In this document: positions 61,372-64,000 of the stretch, one piece after another
Numbering within the stretch: position 1 is the first letter of the stretch
Layout of the letters: each line of letters begins with the position of its first letter
Assembly: GCA_047602405.1 (NCBI GenBank)
Contig: JASGHJ010000001.1
Coordinates: 736,001-800,000 of the forward strand
Length of the DNA stretch: 64,000 nt
DNA from: Anaeromyxobacteraceae bacterium
GTDB taxonomy: Bacteria > Myxococcota > Myxococcia > Myxococcales > Anaeromyxobacteraceae
Reading direction: 5' to 3'
Program-made: the position numbers and the translations under genes
The notes under the pieces: generated by a model
What the model was told of the DNA's origin: nothing
What the model saw: the letters and a program-made list of their open reading frames with translations, nothing else
Database searches by the model: none

Positions 61372-61970
61372 GACGGCACCTCCTCTGCGGCCACTTCACC
61401 GGCAGCGAACGGTGCGAGCGCGGTGGTCGCGGCGACCGTCGCCCGGTGCACGAGCGACTTCACCGCGGCGACCGTGGTCTCGAGCACGTCCGCGATCTCG
61501 TGGTACGACAGCCCCTCGAAGCGGGCGAGCACGAACGCGGTGCGCTGCTTCTCCGGCAGCCGGTCGAGCAGGGCCCGCACCGCGGCCTCGAGCTTCGCGG
61601 CCTCCGCCGAGGCGTCGGGCGCGGCGTTGCCGGACGGCAGCGTGTCCGGATCGGAAGGGCCGTCCTGGCCGGCGGCGCGGTCCGCGGCCTGCGCCCGCCA
61701 CTCGCCCCGGCGCAGCTCGTTCAGGCAGTGGTTCGCGGCGATGCGGTAGAGGAAGGTCTTGAAGCGCGCGGTCGGCCGGTACGAGTCCCGGGCCCGGTGC
61801 AGCTTCACGAAGACGTCCTGCGCCAGCTCCTCGGCGCGGGCGGCGTCCCGGACGTGGTGGAAACAGAAGGCGACCATCGCGCGCGCGTGCCTCTCGTACA
61901 GGGTCCGGAAGGCCGCGGCGTCGCCTCGCTGGAAGGCGAGGAACAGCGCCGCGTCGGGGTCCGGAGCCAT
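61368..61970 (-). CDS. ECF RNA polymerase sigma factor
   Basis: AEELAQDVF, FKTFLYRIAANHCLN, LPEKQR, GLSYHEIA..VKSLVHRA. Confidence 0.92.
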   Translation of the reverse strand: MAPDPDAALFLAFQRGDAAAFRTLYERHARAMVAFCFHHVRDAARAEELAQDVFVKLHRARDSYRPTARFKTFLYRIAANHCLNELRRGEWRAQAADRAAGQDGPSDPDTLPSGNAAPDASAEAAKLEAAVRALLDRLPEKQRTAFVLARFEGLSYHEIADVLETTVAAVKSLVHRATVAATTALAPFAAGEVAAEEVPS

Positions 61971-61982
61971 CCTGTGACCTCC

Positions 61983-62007
61983 AACACGAGGAGGGCCGAG
62001 AGGTTGC
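61983..62007 (-). promoter_or_regulatory. Candidate ECF autoregulatory promoter
   Basis: GCAAC-N17-GTT just upstream of the GGAGG and ATG of the sigma gene. Confidence 0.4.
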
Positions 62008-62039
62008 GGTACCTGCCGCCGGCAGGGGCCGCCAGGGAC

Positions 62040-63101
62040 TTATCCGGCGAGGTGCAGGGCCGCCCGGGTCGCGAGGAAGACGAGGGCCGCGGCGATGGCG
62101 GACGCCGGAATCGTGAAGATCCACGCCCAGATGATGCGCCCAGCCACCCCCCACTGCACCGCCCGGGAGCCCCGGGTCGCCCCGACCCCGACGATGGCGC
62201 CGGTGATGGTGTGGGTGGTCGAGACCGGGATGCCCCAGTGCGCGAGGGCGAGGATGGTCACGCCGCCGCCGGTCTCGGCGCAGAAGCCGCCGATGGGCTG
62301 CAGCTTCGTCAGGTTGTGGCCCATCGTCTTCACAATGCGCCAGCCGCCGAAGAGCGTGCCGAGGCCGATCGCCGCGTGGCACGAGAGCACCACCCAGAAC
62401 GGCACCGGGAACTTCGCCGCCACGTCGGCGGTGGAGACCTGGTTCGACCAGATCGTGCCGTAGAGGATGAGGCTGATGATGCCCATGACCTTCTGGGCGT
62501 CGTTCGTGCCGTGGCTGTAGCTGAAGATCGCGGCCGAGAGGAGCTGCAGCCGGCGGAACCAGATGTCGACGGCGGCGGTGCGCGCGTGGCGCACCACCCA
62601 CGCCGTCGCGACCATCATCGACGAGCCGAGCACGAAGCCGATCACCGGCGACAGCACGATGAACGAGACGATCTTGAGGATGCCGGACGGGATGAGCGCG
62701 CCCACCCCGAGCGCCGGGATGGTGGCGCCGACGATGCCGCCCGCGAGGGCGTGCGAGGACGAGGACGGCAGGCCCCACCACCAGGTGAGGAGGTTCCAGA
62801 TGATGGCGCCGAGGAGCGCGGAGAAGATGACCGTCAGGACGAGCGGGACGCCGAGCGCCCGCAGCATCTCGAAGTGGACGATGCCCTTGCCCATGGTCGC
62901 GGCGACCTTGAGCTCGGCGCCCCACAGCACCGGCGCCGCGGAGATGAAGTTCCAGAACGCCGCCCAGACCACCGCCGCGAGCGGCGTGAGCACCCGGGTC
63001 GAGACCACCGTGGCGATCGAGTTCGCGGCGTCGTGGAAGCCGTTGATGAAGTCGAACGCGAGCGCGACGATGATGAGGAGGACGACGGCGGCGACGAGCA
63101 T
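62040..63101 (-). CDS. Inorganic phosphate transporter, PiT family
   Basis: NGFHDAANSIAT, GLPSSSSHAL, HGTNDAQK, PVSTTH. Confidence 0.93.
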   Translation of the reverse strand: MLVAAVVLLIIVALAFDFINGFHDAANSIATVVSTRVLTPLAAVVWAAFWNFISAAPVLWGAELKVAATMGKGIVHFEMLRALGVPLVLTVIFSALLGAIIWNLLTWWWGLPSSSSHALAGGIVGATIPALGVGALIPSGILKIVSFIVLSPVIGFVLGSSMMVATAWVVRHARTAAVDIWFRRLQLLSAAIFSYSHGTNDAQKVMGIISLILYGTIWSNQVSTADVAAKFPVPFWVVLSCHAAIGLGTLFGGWRIVKTMGHNLTKLQPIGGFCAETGGGVTILALAHWGIPVSTTHTITGAIVGVGATRGSRAVQWGVAGRIIWAWIFTIPASAIAAALVFLATRAALHLAG

Positions 63102-63116
63102 GGCGGGAGGTGCGCC

Positions 63117-63752
63117 CTAGCCCTGGCTGAGGACCAGGCCCTCGATGACGTTTGCGACGTCCTCGGCCCGGTCGGTGGCGCCCTCGATCAGGTCGATGAT
63201 CTCCTTCCACATCATGACGGTGAGGGGATCGTTGGCCTTGCGGAAGAGCTTCGCCATCGTGCGGCGGGTGAGCGAGTCGGCCTGGTTCTCGAGGACGTTG
63301 ATCTCGCGGCAGGCGTCGAGCACCGCGTCGGGGTTCTTCTTGAGGTCGCGCAGGTGGTGCACGGCCTCGTGCATCTTCTCGGCCTGGGCGACGAGCACCG
63401 CGGAGAGCTCGCGGGCCTCGGGCAGGATCGAGTCGATCTCGTAGAGCGCCAGGCGGCCGGCGGCGCCGTCGGCGAGGTCGATCACGTCGTCGATGCGCGA
63501 CAGCAGCCGGTGGATCTCGGCGCGGTCGAAGGGCGTGATGAACTGGGAGTGGAGCCGGGCGAACGCGCGGTGGGTGACGTCGTCCGAGCGGTGCTCGACC
63601 TCCTTGATGGCCTGCACCTTCTTCTGGACGTCGGTGAAGTCCTCCAGGAGGTCGCGGAACAGCTTCGTCCCCTCGACCACGCAGGCGGCCTGGGCCTCGA
63701 AGTCCGAGAAGAAATCGTCGGCCCGCGGCATCAGCTTTTCGAACAGTCCCAT
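63117..63752 (-). CDS. DUF47 / PhoU-like Pit accessory protein
   Basis: EHRSD, FITPFDRAEI, LENQAD, TDRAEDVA; adjacent to PiT. Confidence 0.9.
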   Translation of the reverse strand: MGLFEKLMPRADDFFSDFEAQAACVVEGTKLFRDLLEDFTDVQKKVQAIKEVEHRSDDVTHRAFARLHSQFITPFDRAEIHRLLSRIDDVIDLADGAAGRLALYEIDSILPEARELSAVLVAQAEKMHEAVHHLRDLKKNPDAVLDACREINVLENQADSLTRRTMAKLFRKANDPLTVMMWKEIIDLIEGATDRAEDVANVIEGLVLSQG

Positions 63753-64000
63753 CGGTCTCCTCCCGGCGCGGGCGCACCATACCCCGTGGGACTCCATTCG
63801 CAAACGGGTTGTGTCGGGCGGGTGCCGTGGGTCCGGGCGGGGCTCCGGAAACGCCCATGGGGCGCACGGTTCCGTGCGGAACGACCCGTGCCGAGGGTAG
63901 GCGCGCGGGGGGTGCATGTGAACCTTGTCGCTGGCCCGAGGGAGCCCCGGCGTTCAGGGCCCCGCGGCGCTCCCTCCGTCCCCCCGGACGGACCGTTCAC

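Overview
64 kb of a very GC-rich bacterial chromosome. Gene content and Cys-rich lipoproteins suggest an Anaeromyxobacter-like Myxococcota (inference). About 4-38.4 kb is an amine/polyamine catabolic supercluster. It holds six class-III aminotransferases, five aldehyde dehydrogenases, a PuuB-like FAD oxidase, a saccharopine-dehydrogenase-like enzyme, PotFGHI plus a DUF3138-type porin, a PuuR-like repressor and a PAS sigma54 activator. A ParDE-type TA pair, an exosortase/VIT-vWA pair and a polyferredoxin-TetR pair interrupt it. Two sigma54 promoters in the cluster share a near-identical tandem ATGC-N6-GCAT enhancer architecture. The right half carries a NUDIX-MBL fusion, an M24 peptidase, pyk, GAF-HD-GYP, MPG, an RlmN-like radical SAM enzyme, Fur/Irr-rubrerythrin-DUF3501, a PhnCDE-type ABC system whose ATPase is fused to a LysR effector domain, an ECF/anti-sigma/DUF3106 operon and Pit/DUF47. 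At least 11 REP-like palindromes in two covarying subfamilies occupy intergenic spaces. Ten +1 frameshifts break otherwise intact genes; seven turn GATC into GAATC, probably a methylation-linked sequencing artefact. No rRNA, tRNA, CRISPR array or transposase was seen. All product calls come from motif recognition by eye; no database searches were run.
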